A stretch of DNA of 39,962 bases from Ktedonobacteraceae bacterium (GCA_039937055.1 JBDTHH010000662.1:1-39962); one strand, 5' to 3'. Positions 24,873 through 35,841 are shown, numbered from the stretch's first letter. Translations and numbers: made by a program. The notes: generated from the sequence alone by a model not told the origin.

Positions 24873-25901
24873 ATGGCGGCCAAAGTGGAGGATGTCCACA
24901 TCATCTGGATTGTAGAGGGACTGGGATGTGAGGGAGACACTATCTCAGTCACGGCAGCCACCCAACCCAGTATTGAGGATCTCGTTCTAGGGGCTATTCC
25001 AGGCATCCCTAGAGTGCATATCCACAATAAATGTATTGCCTACGAGTGGGGCAAAGATTTTATGGAGTGGTGGTATAAAGCCGAGCGGGGTGAACTCGAC
25101 CCCTTCGTTCTCGTCTTTGAAGGCTCGGTGCCAAACGAGAAGATCAAGGCCGAAGGCTACTGGTCAGGCCTCGGCGTTGACCCTGTAACCAATCAACCCA
25201 TTCCTGTCTCTGATTGGATTGATCGCCTGGCCCCCAAGGCGCTGGCTGTGGTAGCCGTAGGGACCTGCGCCACCTATGGCGGCATTCATGCCATGCAGGG
25301 CAATCCTACCGGCGCTATGGGTGTCGCTGACTATCTGGGCTGGGACTGGAAATCGAAAGCCGGTATCCCCATCATCAACGTCCCCGGCTGCCCCGTCCAG
25401 CCTGACAACTTCATGGAGACCGTGCTTTATCTTCTTTACCAGGCAGGGGGCATGGCCCCGATGATACCGCTCGACGATGTCGGGCGACCTACCTGGCTCT
25501 TCGAAAAAACCGTTCATGAAGGCTGCGATCGCGGCAGTTACTACGAAGAGGGCCTGTTCGCCACCGAGTACGGCTCGCCGCAGTGCCTCGTCAAATTGGG
25601 CTGCTGGGGACCCGTCGTCAACTGCAACGTCCCCAAACGCGGCTGGATGAACGGTATCGGCGGCTGCCCCAACGTTGGCGGCATCTGCATTGGCTGTACC
25701 ATGCCGGGCTTCCCTGATAAATTTATGCCCTTTATGGATGAGCCACCAGGTGCGAAGCTCTCCACCGCCGTCGTCAGCATCTGGGGCGGCACCCTGCGCC
25801 GTCTACGCAAATTAACCAACGACACCCTCGACAAGGAACCCTCCTGGCGACACACGGGCCGGGAACTGACCACTGGCTATCGACCAACGTGGAGAGGATA
25901 A
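24873..25901 (+). CDS. hhyS: [NiFe]-hydrogenase small subunit, group 1h/5 (mirror copy)
   Basis: Exact reverse-complement twin of 14062..15090(-). Confidence 0.95.
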   Translation: MAAKVEDVHIIWIVEGLGCEGDTISVTAATQPSIEDLVLGAIPGIPRVHIHNKCIAYEWGKDFMEWWYKAERGELDPFVLVFEGSVPNEKIKAEGYWSGLGVDPVTNQPIPVSDWIDRLAPKALAVVAVGTCATYGGIHAMQGNPTGAMGVADYLGWDWKSKAGIPIINVPGCPVQPDNFMETVLYLLYQAGGMAPMIPLDDVGRPTWLFEKTVHEGCDRGSYYEEGLFATEYGSPQCLVKLGCWGPVVNCNVPKRGWMNGIGGCPNVGGICIGCTMPGFPDKFMPFMDEPPGAKLSTAVVSIWGGTLRRLRKLTNDTLDKEPSWRHTGRELTTGYRPTWRG

Positions 25902-25944
25902 AGAGCACACGGCGCCCAATCCTATTAACAAGGAGATAGTTTTC

Positions 25945-27741
25945 ATGACCACGCAAGCGAAACGCGAAGAGACCCCGACACCGCCGCCGCAACTGGTAGA
26001 GATGTCGTGGGATCCCATGACACGCATCGTTGGCAGCCTGGGCATCTATACGAAAATCGACTTTCAGCAGAAGAAGGTCGTCGAGGCCTATAGCAGCTCC
26101 CATATCTTCCGGGGCTACAGCCTCTTCATGCAGGGCAAAGACCCACGCGACGCCCACTTCATCACCAGCCGCATCTGCGGCATCTGCGGCGATAACCACG
26201 CCACCTGCTCCGTCTATGCCCAGAATATGGCGTACGGCGTAAAGCCTCCGGCCCTGGGTGAGTGGATCATCAACCTGGGTGAAGCTGCGGAGTACATGTT
26301 CGACCACAACATCTTCCAGGAAAACCTTGTCGGCGTTGACTTCTGCGAGCAGATGGTGAAAGAGACCAATCCCGGTGTGCTTGAGCTGGCCAATAAAACC
26401 GAAGCGCCCCACGCCGCGGATCATGGCTATCGCACCATCGGCGACATCATGCGCTCGCTCAACCCCTTCACAGGCGAGTTCTACCGCGAGGCGCTGCATG
26501 TCAGCCGCTATACACGCGAGGCATTCTGTCTGATGGAAGGTCGCCACGTCCATCCCTCGACCCTCTATCCAGGAGGCGTGGGAACCGTCGCCACCGTCCA
26601 GGTCTTCACCGACTACCTGGTGCGCCTCATGAAGTACGTCGAGTGGATGAAGAAGGTCGTGCCCATGCATGACGACCTGTTCGACTTCTGGTACCAGGCC
26701 CTTCCCGGTTACGAGCAGGTTGGCTACCGCCAAACGCTCCTCGGTTGCTGGGGCTCGTGGCAAGACCCCGACGTGTGCGACTTCGATTATCGCACCATGG
26801 AAAAATGGGGCCGTGCCATGTTCGTCACGCCTGGCATTATCGTGGATGGCGAGCTGATCACTACCAGCCTGGTAGATATCAACCTGGGCATCCGTATTTT
26901 GCTGGGAAGTTCCTACTACGAGGATTGGGGCAACCAGAGAATGTTCGTCGATCGCGACCCACTGGGCAACCCGGTCGACAAACATCATCCCTGGAATCAG
27001 ACCACCATCCCCAAACCGCAGAAACGCGACTTCAACGACAAATATAGCTGGACGATGTCGCCTCGCTGGTACGACAAGCGCACTGGCAAGTACCTGGCTC
27101 TGGATACTGGCGGCGGTCCCCTCGCTCGCCTGTGGTCAACGGCCCTGGCTGGCCTCGTGAACCTGGGAGGCCTGGTCGAGGCAACCGGACACAGTGTCAA
27201 GATTCGACTGCCCAAGAGCGCCTTGAAGCCGGCGGTCGAGTTCGAGTGGAAGATCCCGAAGTGGAGCAATGCTATCGAGCGGAACCGCGCGCGGACATAC
27301 TTCCAGGCTTACGCTGCTGCTGTCGCGCTGCATTGTATCGAGAAGGCGCTCGATGAGGTGCGTGCCGGCCACACCAAGACCTGGAGCGATTTCACGGTGC
27401 CAAAGGAGGCCATTGGCTGCGGGTTCCACGAAGCCGTGCGCGGTGTGCTTTCCCACCACATGGTCATCGAGAACGGCAAGATCGCCAACTACCATCCCTA
27501 TCCGCCGACGCCCTGGAATGGCAGTGTGCGCGACAGCTATGGCACGCTTGGCCCCTACGAGGATGCTGTGCAAAACACACCCATCTTCGAAGAGAACGGC
27601 CCGGATACCTTCAAGGGCATCGACATCATGCGGGCAGTGCGCAGCTTTGACCCCTGCCTGCCATGTGGTGTTCACATGTACCTGGGTGATGGGAAAGAGC
27701 TTCAGCAGGTCATCTCACCAACATTTGGCCAGATGAAATAG
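25945..27741 (+). CDS. hhyL: [NiFe]-hydrogenase large subunit, group 1h/5 (mirror copy)
   Basis: Exact reverse-complement twin of 12222..14018(-). Confidence 0.97.
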   Translation: MTTQAKREETPTPPPQLVEMSWDPMTRIVGSLGIYTKIDFQQKKVVEAYSSSHIFRGYSLFMQGKDPRDAHFITSRICGICGDNHATCSVYAQNMAYGVKPPALGEWIINLGEAAEYMFDHNIFQENLVGVDFCEQMVKETNPGVLELANKTEAPHAADHGYRTIGDIMRSLNPFTGEFYREALHVSRYTREAFCLMEGRHVHPSTLYPGGVGTVATVQVFTDYLVRLMKYVEWMKKVVPMHDDLFDFWYQALPGYEQVGYRQTLLGCWGSWQDPDVCDFDYRTMEKWGRAMFVTPGIIVDGELITTSLVDINLGIRILLGSSYYEDWGNQRMFVDRDPLGNPVDKHHPWNQTTIPKPQKRDFNDKYSWTMSPRWYDKRTGKYLALDTGGGPLARLWSTALAGLVNLGGLVEATGHSVKIRLPKSALKPAVEFEWKIPKWSNAIERNRARTYFQAYAAAVALHCIEKALDEVRAGHTKTWSDFTVPKEAIGCGFHEAVRGVLSHHMVIENGKIANYHPYPPTPWNGSVRDSYGTLGPYEDAVQNTPIFEENGPDTFKGIDIMRAVRSFDPCLPCGVHMYLGDGKELQQVISPTFGQMK

Positions 27742-27837
27742 CACCGCTACCTCTGTCGGGAGGGTGGCTGTAACGTAACCTTTCATCTCTGCAAGGGGCA
27801 ACAATTCATTGCAAAGGATAGTAAGAGGAGGAATACG

Positions 27838-28071
27838 ATGGCAGAAGAGCAGAAATCGCCTGCTCCGGCTCAACCTGAACCTGCACATATACCGGGCACG
27901 CCTAAAGGCGAGGAACGGAAGAAAAAGGAGGGCAAGGAGGCTGGTCGCCAGGATACCGGTGCCACAGGGGAAGCTAAACGCCCCGCTGGTACGTTGACGG
28001 GAGAGCCGTCCACGGGCATCAATCCGAAAGAACCGGTGGACCCGGATAGCCCGCATTTGCAGGCACCCTGA
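27838..28071 (+). CDS. Hypothetical 77-aa disordered protein (mirror copy)
   Basis: Exact reverse-complement twin of 11892..12125(-). Confidence 0.45.
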   Translation: MAEEQKSPAPAQPEPAHIPGTPKGEERKKKEGKEAGRQDTGATGEAKRPAGTLTGEPSTGINPKEPVDPDSPHLQAP

Positions 28072-28106
28072 GATAGCCATACCAGGCAGCACATCACACT
28101 GCCATT

Positions 28107-28137
28107 CCCTGGGCCGGAAACACTGTCTGGCCCAGGG
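28107..28137 (+). promoter_or_regulatory. GC-rich intra-operon stem-loop (mirror copy)
   Basis: Twin of 11826..11856: ccctgggccgg-aaacactgt-ctggcccaggg in the mRNA sense. Confidence 0.4.
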
Positions 28138-28171
28138 TAGTATCTGGGAAGCTTAAAGAGGAGAATGGGTC

Positions 28172-28789
28172 ATGCCACAAGAAGTGCAGGCGCACCAGCG
28201 CCAGGCGGCACGTATCGAGGAACTGGTCGAGGAGGTAGCCGCTTTCCCTGACTCACGAGCGCGCGCCACGGCTGAGGAGCTTGTCCAGGCACTCCTGACT
28301 ATGTATGGTGAAGCCCTGGCACGGCTGCTCGAAATGACCGCGCAGACAGACGCCGCGGGTCTCGCATTAATCGACACCTTCGCGAGCGACGACCTGTTAG
28401 GTTCCTTATTTCTGCTCCATGGGCTGCATCCCCTGGATCTCGAAACGCGCATCCTGCAGGCGCTGGACGGAGTACGGCCCTCTCTCAAGTCGCATGGGGG
28501 CAATGTCGAATTCGTCAAGGTTGAGGATCGCGTCGCCTATCTACGTCTCGAAGGCAGTTGCCATGGCTGTTCCAGCTCAACAATGACACTCAAATCGACA
28601 ATTGAGGAGGCCCTCTACAAAGCGGCCCCAGATCTTGAGGGGATCCAGGTTGAAGGCGTCAGCGATCCACCCCGGCGTGCAAGCATACCGGTGACATTCG
28701 TTCCCCCACGGCGGAACAAGGATGCTGCCAGCCCGACGAAGCGAGATGGTGAATGGAGCGTGGTGGAGGGACTGCCACACGTAAGATGA
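28172..28789 (+). CDS. NifU-like putative Fe-S protein, HhyE-like (mirror copy)
   Basis: Exact reverse-complement twin of 11174..11791(-). Confidence 0.85.
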   Translation: MPQEVQAHQRQAARIEELVEEVAAFPDSRARATAEELVQALLTMYGEALARLLEMTAQTDAAGLALIDTFASDDLLGSLFLLHGLHPLDLETRILQALDGVRPSLKSHGGNVEFVKVEDRVAYLRLEGSCHGCSSSTMTLKSTIEEALYKAAPDLEGIQVEGVSDPPRRASIPVTFVPPRRNKDAASPTKRDGEWSVVEGLPHVR

Positions 28790-28800
28790 GGTGAGCAAGC

Positions 28801-29528
28801 ATGTCGTCATTCGAACCTACAAACAGCGGTGAGGGTCGTTCCGCTCCCTCCCTTGATGTGCTCCGTCAGTTCACGCGCAAACGGGAAATGCGTCCTCCGA
28901 CGGAGCAGTGCGAACTATGTAGCGCGGGGATTCCCGCGCAGCACCGGCACTTGCTGGCACTCGCCAGCCATACGCTGATCTGTGTGTGTATTCCCTGCTC
29001 AATCCTCTTTGGTGACCCTGGAGCCGGACAGGGAAAGTATCGACTTGTGCCCTCGCGCGCGCTGCTCTTGCCGGATTTCCAGATGACGGATGAGCAGTGG
29101 GAAGAACTGCTGATTCCGGTGAACATGGTCTATACTTTCACAGCACAGGCGCCAGGCGTATCATGGCCTACTATCCCAGTCCGGCAGGGGCTATGGAGTC
29201 TACGCTCACCCTGGAAGGGTGGGATGCGCTTGTCAGCAATAATCCTATCCTGAACGACCTGGAGCCTGACGTCGAAGCACTCTTGATCAACCGGGTGCAG
29301 AACCGGGGCGGCGCAAGCTATCGTGAGCACTATATTGTGCCGATAGATGCCTGCTACGAGCTTGTCGGCTTGATCCGGCTCAAGTGGAAAGGGCTGAGCG
29401 GCGGAGAGGAGGTCTGGCAGGCTATCGCGGGCTTCTTCGCAGACCTGCGGAAGAAGGCCATCACGGTAGAAGGGGACGCTGCGGATACCTCTCCGGCATA
29501 TAGTCCTCCTGCCTGGAGGAGAGGCTAA
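28801..29528 (+). pseudogene. Frameshifted DUF5947-like accessory gene (mirror copy; ORFs 28801..29253 and 29097..29528)
   Basis: Twin of 10435..11162(-). The same -1 frame break occurs near 29125..29135 (..ccggtgaacatggtctatactttcac..). Confidence 0.6.
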
Positions 29529-30178
29529 TGCTAGACCTGAGCTTTGAGGTAACCGGCGCCGAGGTTGCAAAGTATAGTGTGCTGCCGATGCTCATCTTCA
29601 AAATGCGCATCGCCAACGCGAGCGAAGATGTGAAGATCCATAACGTCAACCTGAAGTGCCAGATTATGCTCTCAGTGACACAAAGGCGCTACCAGGCCGA
29701 AGAGAAGGCCAAACTGCAGGAGCTTTTTGGTGAGCCGGCACGCTGGGGCACGACCTTGCGCACCTTCCTGTGGACCATCGTCACCGCAGTCGTGCCCCGT
29801 TTCTCAGGGAACACCGTCTTCGATCTGGCTGTCCCCTGCCTCTACGACTTTGAGGTGGTGAGCACCAAGTACTTCAATGCCCTGGAGGATGGCGACATTC
29901 CTCTGAATTTCCTGTTCAGTGGCACCATCTTCTATGAAGGCGAGGCAGACAATGTACAGATCGCGCAAATTTCCTGGTCGAAGGAAGCAACCTATCGCCT
30001 GCCGGTCGCGCTCTGGAAAGAAGCCATAGAGACCTCCTTTCCCAACAGCGCCTGGATTCGCATGCATAAGGATGTCTTCGACCAACTCTACCAGTATAAG
30101 ATCACCCATGGCCTTCCCACCTGGGAGGATGTTCTTGGGCGCCTGTTGCAGGCAAGTGGCGTGGAGGTGCAACCATGA
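29528..30178 (+). CDS. Conserved hypothetical protein, 216 aa (mirror copy)
   Basis: Exact reverse-complement twin of 9785..10435(-). Confidence 0.75.
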   Translation: MLDLSFEVTGAEVAKYSVLPMLIFKMRIANASEDVKIHNVNLKCQIMLSVTQRRYQAEEKAKLQELFGEPARWGTTLRTFLWTIVTAVVPRFSGNTVFDLAVPCLYDFEVVSTKYFNALEDGDIPLNFLFSGTIFYEGEADNVQIAQISWSKEATYRLPVALWKEAIETSFPNSAWIRMHKDVFDQLYQYKITHGLPTWEDVLGRLLQASGVEVQP

Positions 30179-31236
30179 GGATAGAACACATCAAGGAAAT
30201 CGCTAACGCGGTGCTCTACGAGGGCTATCTGCTCTATCCGTACCGGCAATCTGCCATCAAAAATCGGACCCGCTGGACGTTCGGCGTGGTCTATCCACGG
30301 GAGTATAGCGAGGCGAACGGCGCTATAGAGCCCTGGACAATGCACACCGAATGCCTGCTGGAGGGAGAGCTACAAGATATATCGCTTGCTATCACCGTGA
30401 GGTTTCTGCACCTGCTTACGCGTACTGTTGTGCAGCCCGAACCCGTGAAGGTCGATGATGGCGAGGCGCGCGCTGACGAGTGGAGCCTGGCAGGCCTTTT
30501 TGCCGGCGAACCACAGCAGGAGGGTGTGGAACGCGAGGTGAGTATACTCGACCTTTCATTGAGCGAACTCGTGGCCCGGCCCAGGGTTGTGGAGATGGCT
30601 TTTCCCGGTGGCCGTATCGTGGATGATGCGGACGCGCTCCCTGGAAGCTCTCCCCCCTTGACGACACGTAGCGTTCTGGAGCAGCAACCGCTTATGGGAG
30701 CCGTTATCCTTGCAGCGGAGCCTGTTGGTGAGCATCTTTTCAAGCTCAGTGTTCACATCGAAAACAGGACACCCGATACCGGCGGAGTGACAAACCGGCG
30801 CGATGCTGCCGTGTTCCAATCCTTCGTCTCCACTCATACTATCTTACAGGTACGTCAAGGTGCCTTCATCTCGCTGTTGGAGCCACCTGAGGAGTTGCAA
30901 CCCTTCGTCAGGGCCTGTCAAAACCGCCACACCTGGCCGGTGCTGGTCGGTAACCAGGGAGAGCGTGATGCGCTCGTATCATCGCCCATCATCCTGTACG
31001 ACTATCCACAGATTGCGCCAGAAAGTCCCGGCCCCCTCTTCGATGGAGGTGAGATCGACGAAATTCTCAGTTTGCGCATCCTGACGCTGACCGATGAAGA
31101 GAAAGAGCAGATGCGGCAGGACGAGCGCGCACGTGAGATACTGGAGCGCACTGAGGCTCTCACGCCCGCGCAATTCATGAAGCTCCATGGTGCCATCCGC
31201 GACCTACGCCCTGTCAGTAAAGGAGAAAAAGCATGA
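30175..31236 (+). CDS. Conserved hypothetical protein, 353 aa (mirror copy)
   Basis: Exact reverse-complement twin of 8727..9788(-). Confidence 0.75.
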   Translation: MRIEHIKEIANAVLYEGYLLYPYRQSAIKNRTRWTFGVVYPREYSEANGAIEPWTMHTECLLEGELQDISLAITVRFLHLLTRTVVQPEPVKVDDGEARADEWSLAGLFAGEPQQEGVEREVSILDLSLSELVARPRVVEMAFPGGRIVDDADALPGSSPPLTTRSVLEQQPLMGAVILAAEPVGEHLFKLSVHIENRTPDTGGVTNRRDAAVFQSFVSTHTILQVRQGAFISLLEPPEELQPFVRACQNRHTWPVLVGNQGERDALVSSPIILYDYPQIAPESPGPLFDGGEIDEILSLRILTLTDEEKEQMRQDERAREILERTEALTPAQFMKLHGAIRDLRPVSKGEKA

Positions 31237-31562
31237 TGCGTCGTGAAGGCTGGAACTTCCCAGGCGAGGATTACCCCCCACCAGAATCTGTGACTATCGC
31301 TGGCAGAGAGGTAAGGGCTGGCGATCGGGTACTCCTGCATCCCAAAAAGGGCCGCGCTGACGCTTTCGACTTGATTCTTGATGGGAAGACGGCAACCATC
31401 GAGGTCATCCACCAGGATTTCGAGGATCGCATCTACCTGGTTGTCACGGCGGATGATGATCCGGCCATGGAGCAGATGCGGCTGGATGACCGTATCCTGC
31501 CGGGTCATCATTTCTTTTTCTTCCCGGAAGAGGTTGAGCCGCTGGCAGGCGGAGAAGGCTAG
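31233..31562 (+). CDS. Conserved hypothetical protein, 109 aa (mirror copy)
   Basis: Exact reverse-complement twin of 8401..8730(-). Confidence 0.7.
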   Translation: MMRREGWNFPGEDYPPPESVTIAGREVRAGDRVLLHPKKGRADAFDLILDGKTATIEVIHQDFEDRIYLVVTADDDPAMEQMRLDDRILPGHHFFFFPEEVEPLAGGEG

Positions 31563-31564
31563 CT

Positions 31565-32131
31565 ATGGAAGAGGTAGTACAGCCTGCATCAGCAACGAAG
31601 CGCCAGAGCAGGCAGGCCCTGATTGCGTGCATAGGCAATATCTTTTGGGGTGACGATGGCTTCGGAGTCGAGGTGGCCCAACGTCTCCTGGCCCGGCAAT
31701 ACCCGGAAGGCATTCGCGTTGTCGACTTTGGTATTCGAGGCATGGACCTGGCCTACGCCTTACTCGATGACTACGACGAACTCGTGCTGGTTGATGCAGT
31801 GCCGCGCGCTGGCGCGCCGGGAACGCTTTACCTGCTTGAACCAGATCTGTCAGGTATCAGCCCCGCGACAGGCGTAGAAGCTGGTAGAGCGGCACTGGAT
31901 AACCATAGTATGGACCCGGTGAAGGTTCTGGCGTATGCCCGAGCCCTGGGCGCAAAACCCATCCATACCCTGCTTGTCGGCTGCGAGCCTGTCCCCCTGA
32001 GTGCTGGCGAGGACTACCCCGAGATGCACATGGGATTAAGCGCACCCGTGCAGGCAGCCGTCGACGAGGCCGTGAAGATGATTGACTCGCTCGTTGAGCA
32101 AATGCTCGCGGGGGAACATGCGAAAAAGTGA
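31565..32131 (+). CDS. [NiFe]-hydrogenase maturation endopeptidase (mirror copy)
   Basis: Exact reverse-complement twin of 7832..8398(-). Confidence 0.9.
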   Translation: MEEVVQPASATKRQSRQALIACIGNIFWGDDGFGVEVAQRLLARQYPEGIRVVDFGIRGMDLAYALLDDYDELVLVDAVPRAGAPGTLYLLEPDLSGISPATGVEAGRAALDNHSMDPVKVLAYARALGAKPIHTLLVGCEPVPLSAGEDYPEMHMGLSAPVQAAVDEAVKMIDSLVEQMLAGEHAKK

Positions 32132-32178
32132 ACACAGTCAAGATGTAGCCTATACAGTCTAGTGAAAGGAAGATTATC

Positions 32179-32283
32179 ATGTTCAAGCTCTTGTTTTTAG
32201 TCGTTGCCATTGGCATAGGTGCCTGGATTTTTCAGCAGTCGCTTCCCGATATCCAGCGCTACCTGAAGATGCGTTCGATGTAA
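32179..32283 (+). CDS. 34-aa small membrane peptide (mirror copy)
   Basis: Exact reverse-complement twin of 7680..7784(-): atgttcaagctcttg...cgttcgatgtaa. Confidence 0.6.
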   Translation: MFKLLFLVVAIGIGAWIFQQSLPDIQRYLKMRSM

Positions 32284-32377
32284 CGGATCATACATGATAT
32301 TCTGCATATTCCGCGCTCTATGCGCATCCATTCGCTGTAGCACATACAGGTAGTGAAAACTGGAGACGAGGTTGGCC

Positions 32378-32728
32378 ATGCACGAACTCGCTATTGCTCA
32401 GAGTATCGTCGATGCTGTGGAGGAGAAGGCCACCGCGTGCAACGCGACGTGCGTGAAAGGCGTACGGCTCAAGATTGGCGAGGCCAGCGGCATTGCCGGC
32501 GCTTCGTTGACCTTCTGTTTCGAGATGCTGGTCAGCCTCGATCCAGTGCTGGCAGGCGCCCAGTTGTTGATAGACGCTGTGCCGCACCGCGCCTATTGTC
32601 GTCACTGCGGCAAAGAGTTCGCCGTCATGAACTTCATTGTCCAGTGCCCGACCTGTCAGGAATGGTCGAGCGAGGTCATTGCTGGCACCGAACTCCAGAT
32701 CATCGAGATGGAGATTGAATCTGCATAA
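32378..32728 (+). CDS. hypA: Nickel metallochaperone HypA (mirror copy)
   Basis: Exact reverse-complement twin of 7235..7585(-). Confidence 0.9.
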   Translation: MHELAIAQSIVDAVEEKATACNATCVKGVRLKIGEASGIAGASLTFCFEMLVSLDPVLAGAQLLIDAVPHRAYCRHCGKEFAVMNFIVQCPTCQEWSSEVIAGTELQIIEMEIESA

Positions 32729-32751
32729 CGAGGCGAGGAGGAGGTATACCA

Positions 32752-33426
32752 TTGGTTAAAGTCACCATTGCGCAAAATATCCTGGCGGCCAATGATACCA
32801 TTGCCCGCGAGATACAGGGAGATCTTTCAGGAAAGGGTATCTGTGTGCTCAATATCATGAGTTCACCGGGTGCGGGTAAGACAACCCTGCTCGAACGCAC
32901 GATTGAGCGGCTGCGCGGGCGGCTGGCTATCGGAGTGATCGAAGGAGACGTGGAGACAAGCGCCGACGCGGAACGGATCGAGGCGGCAGGCGCTCAGACG
33001 GTGCAGATCAATACACGCGGAGCCTGCCATCTTGAAGCGCATATGGTCCGCGACGCGCTCGCACAGATTGAACTGGCGAGCCTCGACCTGCTGGTGATCG
33101 AAAACATTGGCAACCTGGTCTGTCCGGCGGCATGGGATCTGGGGGAGGATACGCGCGTCGTGGTTGTGAGCACAAGCGAAGGCGACGATAAACCAGGCAA
33201 GTACCCACAGATGTTTGCGGTAGCGGAGGTGATGGTCGTGAACAAGATCGACCTGCTGCCTTATGTTGACTACGATGTGCAGAAGGTCAGACGGCAGGCG
33301 CTGGCGATCAATCCTCGCCTGCGTATCTTCGAAGTGAGCTGTCGCACAGGAGAGGGCCTCGACGCCTGGTGTGCCTGGCTCGTCACCTTGCGTCACGCGC
33401 AATCTGTCAGGGCGGCACGACACTAA
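32752..33426 (+). CDS. hypB: Nickel-inserting GTPase HypB (mirror copy)
   Basis: Exact reverse-complement twin of 6537..7211(-). Confidence 0.93.
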   Translation: MVKVTIAQNILAANDTIAREIQGDLSGKGICVLNIMSSPGAGKTTLLERTIERLRGRLAIGVIEGDVETSADAERIEAAGAQTVQINTRGACHLEAHMVRDALAQIELASLDLLVIENIGNLVCPAAWDLGEDTRVVVVSTSEGDDKPGKYPQMFAVAEVMVVNKIDLLPYVDYDVQKVRRQALAINPRLRIFEVSCRTGEGLDAWCAWLVTLRHAQSVRAARH

Positions 33427-33436
33427 AGGAACATGC

Positions 33437-35794
33437 ATGTCATCGGTAGTGGATTCGACAATTCAGCGACGACGCATCCTCGTTCAGGGCATTGTCCAGG
33501 GCGTAGGCTTCCGGCCCTTCGTCTACGGCCAGGCCTTGCGCTGGAACCTGGTCGGCTTTGTGTTCAACGATAGCCAGGGCGTCACCATTGAGGTCGAGGG
33601 CAGTGTCGAAGCACTCGCTGGCTTCCAGCTCGCTCTGAGCCAGCAGCTCCCTCCTCTGGCGCGCGTCGATGCTGTTGTGACAGAACTCATACCCCTCTCT
33701 CATGAGGACAGCTTCAGTATCGTACACAGTCAGAAAGGCCCTGAACGTCAGGCCCTTATCTCGCCCGATAGCGCAACCTGTGACGACTGCCTGCGTGAGT
33801 TGTTCGATCCCGCCAACCGCCGCTATCACTATCCGTTCATCAACTGTACCAATTGTGGTCCACGATTCACCATCGTACAGGATATTCCTTATGATCGTGA
33901 AAAAACCACCATGCACGTTTTTCCCATGTGTCCGGCCTGCCAGGAGGAGTATGGCGATCCGCTCAACCGGCGTTTTCATGCCCAGCCGAACGCTTGCCAG
34001 CTTTGTGGGCCGCAGGTTCGCCTGCTCGCTTGGTCCTCCTCCTCTTCTCAGTACTCTGCTGATGCCATAGACGAGGCGGCCCAACAGCTCGCAGCGGGTG
34101 CCATTCTCGCTATTAAAGGTCTGGGTGGCTATCACCTGGCATGCGACGCATTGAACGTGGAGGCCGTCCAGCAATTACGTGTACGCAAGCGGCGCGAGGC
34201 CAAACCCTTCGCGCTGATGGTGCCTGATGTGGCAACTGCGCGTCTGCTGTGCGCGGTGAGCGATGCCGAGGAAGCCTTGTTGCAATCGCACCGCCGGCCA
34301 ATTGTTTTGCTGGAACAGCGTGCCGGCTGCCCGGTATTACAGGGTGTCGCTGCATCCTATAACACGTTGGGTATCATGCTGCCATACACGCCGTTGCACT
34401 ACTTACTCCTGCGCGCTTTTGCTTCTCGCGTTGAAGCAGATAAACCGGCCGCGCTGGTCATGACCAGTGGCAACGTCAGCGATGAACCGATTGCTTACCA
34501 TGACGAAGATGCGCGTACACGGCTGGCGGCCATCGCCGACGGGATGCTCACGCATAATCGCGACATTCACATGCGCTGCGATGATAGCGTGATGCGTATT
34601 GTGGCTGGTAGCGCGCAATTTCTCCGCCGTTCGCGCGGCTACGCGCCGGAGCCGCTGTTGCTCACTGCGGAGCTGCCCGTGCCATTGCTTGCCTGCGGAG
34701 CCCACTTCAAGAACACCTTTTGCCTGGGCAAGGGAAGACAGGCGTTTGTCAGCCAGCACATCGGTGACTTAGAGAATGTGGAGACGCTGCTCGCGTTTCG
34801 GGAGGGGATTGCGCATTTCCAGCGTCTCTTCGCTATCTTCCCGCAGGCTATCGCGTATGATCTGCACCCCGAATACCTGGCGACAAAATACGCGCTCGAT
34901 TCAGACATCCCGCGCAAAATCGCTGTCCAGCATCATCATGCCCACATTGCCAGCGTGTTGGTCGAGCACGGCTTGAGCGGGCCGGTCATCGGCGTGGCCG
35001 CCGATGGCACCGGCTTTGGAAGCGACGGCGCGATCTGGGGCTGCGAAATTATGTCGGCGGACCTGGCAGGTTTTGCACGCCTGGCGCACCTGGCATACAT
35101 CCCGCTACCTGGTGGTGCCCAGGCTATCCAGCAACCCTGGCGCGTAGCCGCGGCGTACCTCGACCGCGCCTACGGCGAGGCTTTTCTTGATCTCGCGATC
35201 CCGTTCGTACAGCAGTTAGATCGATCAAAGTGGCGCACACTTTCGCGGATGATCGCGCGCGGCCTTAATAGTCCAGCGACTTCCAGCCTGGGAAGGTTGT
35301 TTGACGCCGTGGCCGCGCTGCTAGGTCTGCGCAGCGAAGTCATCTACGAGGGCCAGGCCGCCATCGAGCTTGAGATACTGGCGCGATCCGCACCTGGCGA
35401 CCGCCAGGATGCGCATAGCGCTGCTAGCAGGGAGGCATATCCATGGATCATTGGTGCTCAAACACCTGCCCTATTGGATGTCGCCCCTATGATACGCGCC
35501 ATCGTCAGCGATATCCAGCGAGGAGTACCAGCGCCACAGATTGCCAGGCGCTTCCATCGCTCGCTTGCCAGCATACTGGCGGAGATAACTTCCGAGGTAC
35601 GCGAAGGGACCGGCTTGAATCGTGTCGCCCTGAGCGGCGGCGTATTTCAGAACAGCCTGTTGCTTGAAATGCTGATCGCCCGCCTGGAGGCGATGGATTT
35701 TCAGGTATATATCAATCGACAGGTGCCGCCAAACGACGGCGGCATCAGCCTGGGCCAGCTTGCGGTAGCGGCTACCCGGTTGCAACAGATGTAG
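33437..35794 (+). CDS. hypF: Carbamoyltransferase HypF (mirror copy)
   Basis: Exact reverse-complement twin of 4169..6526(-). Confidence 0.96.
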   Translation: MSSVVDSTIQRRRILVQGIVQGVGFRPFVYGQALRWNLVGFVFNDSQGVTIEVEGSVEALAGFQLALSQQLPPLARVDAVVTELIPLSHEDSFSIVHSQKGPERQALISPDSATCDDCLRELFDPANRRYHYPFINCTNCGPRFTIVQDIPYDREKTTMHVFPMCPACQEEYGDPLNRRFHAQPNACQLCGPQVRLLAWSSSSSQYSADAIDEAAQQLAAGAILAIKGLGGYHLACDALNVEAVQQLRVRKRREAKPFALMVPDVATARLLCAVSDAEEALLQSHRRPIVLLEQRAGCPVLQGVAASYNTLGIMLPYTPLHYLLLRAFASRVEADKPAALVMTSGNVSDEPIAYHDEDARTRLAAIADGMLTHNRDIHMRCDDSVMRIVAGSAQFLRRSRGYAPEPLLLTAELPVPLLACGAHFKNTFCLGKGRQAFVSQHIGDLENVETLLAFREGIAHFQRLFAIFPQAIAYDLHPEYLATKYALDSDIPRKIAVQHHHAHIASVLVEHGLSGPVIGVAADGTGFGSDGAIWGCEIMSADLAGFARLAHLAYIPLPGGAQAIQQPWRVAAAYLDRAYGEAFLDLAIPFVQQLDRSKWRTLSRMIARGLNSPATSSLGRLFDAVAALLGLRSEVIYEGQAAIELEILARSAPGDRQDAHSAASREAYPWIIGAQTPALLDVAPMIRAIVSDIQRGVPAPQIARRFHRSLASILAEITSEVREGTGLNRVALSGGVFQNSLLLEMLIARLEAMDFQVYINRQVPPNDGGISLGQLAVAATRLQQM

Positions 35795-35841
35795 GGATGC
35801 GCTTGATCGCGTCCACCATAGTTCCTGAAAAGGAGGGTCAC

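Noticed and set aside
27742-27837. Possible hairpin or terminator right after the hhyL stop (caccgctacctctgtcgggagggtgg)
   Set aside because: Only 4-bp segments pair consistently, and there is no U-tract. The region mainly provides the SD of the 77-aa ORF.
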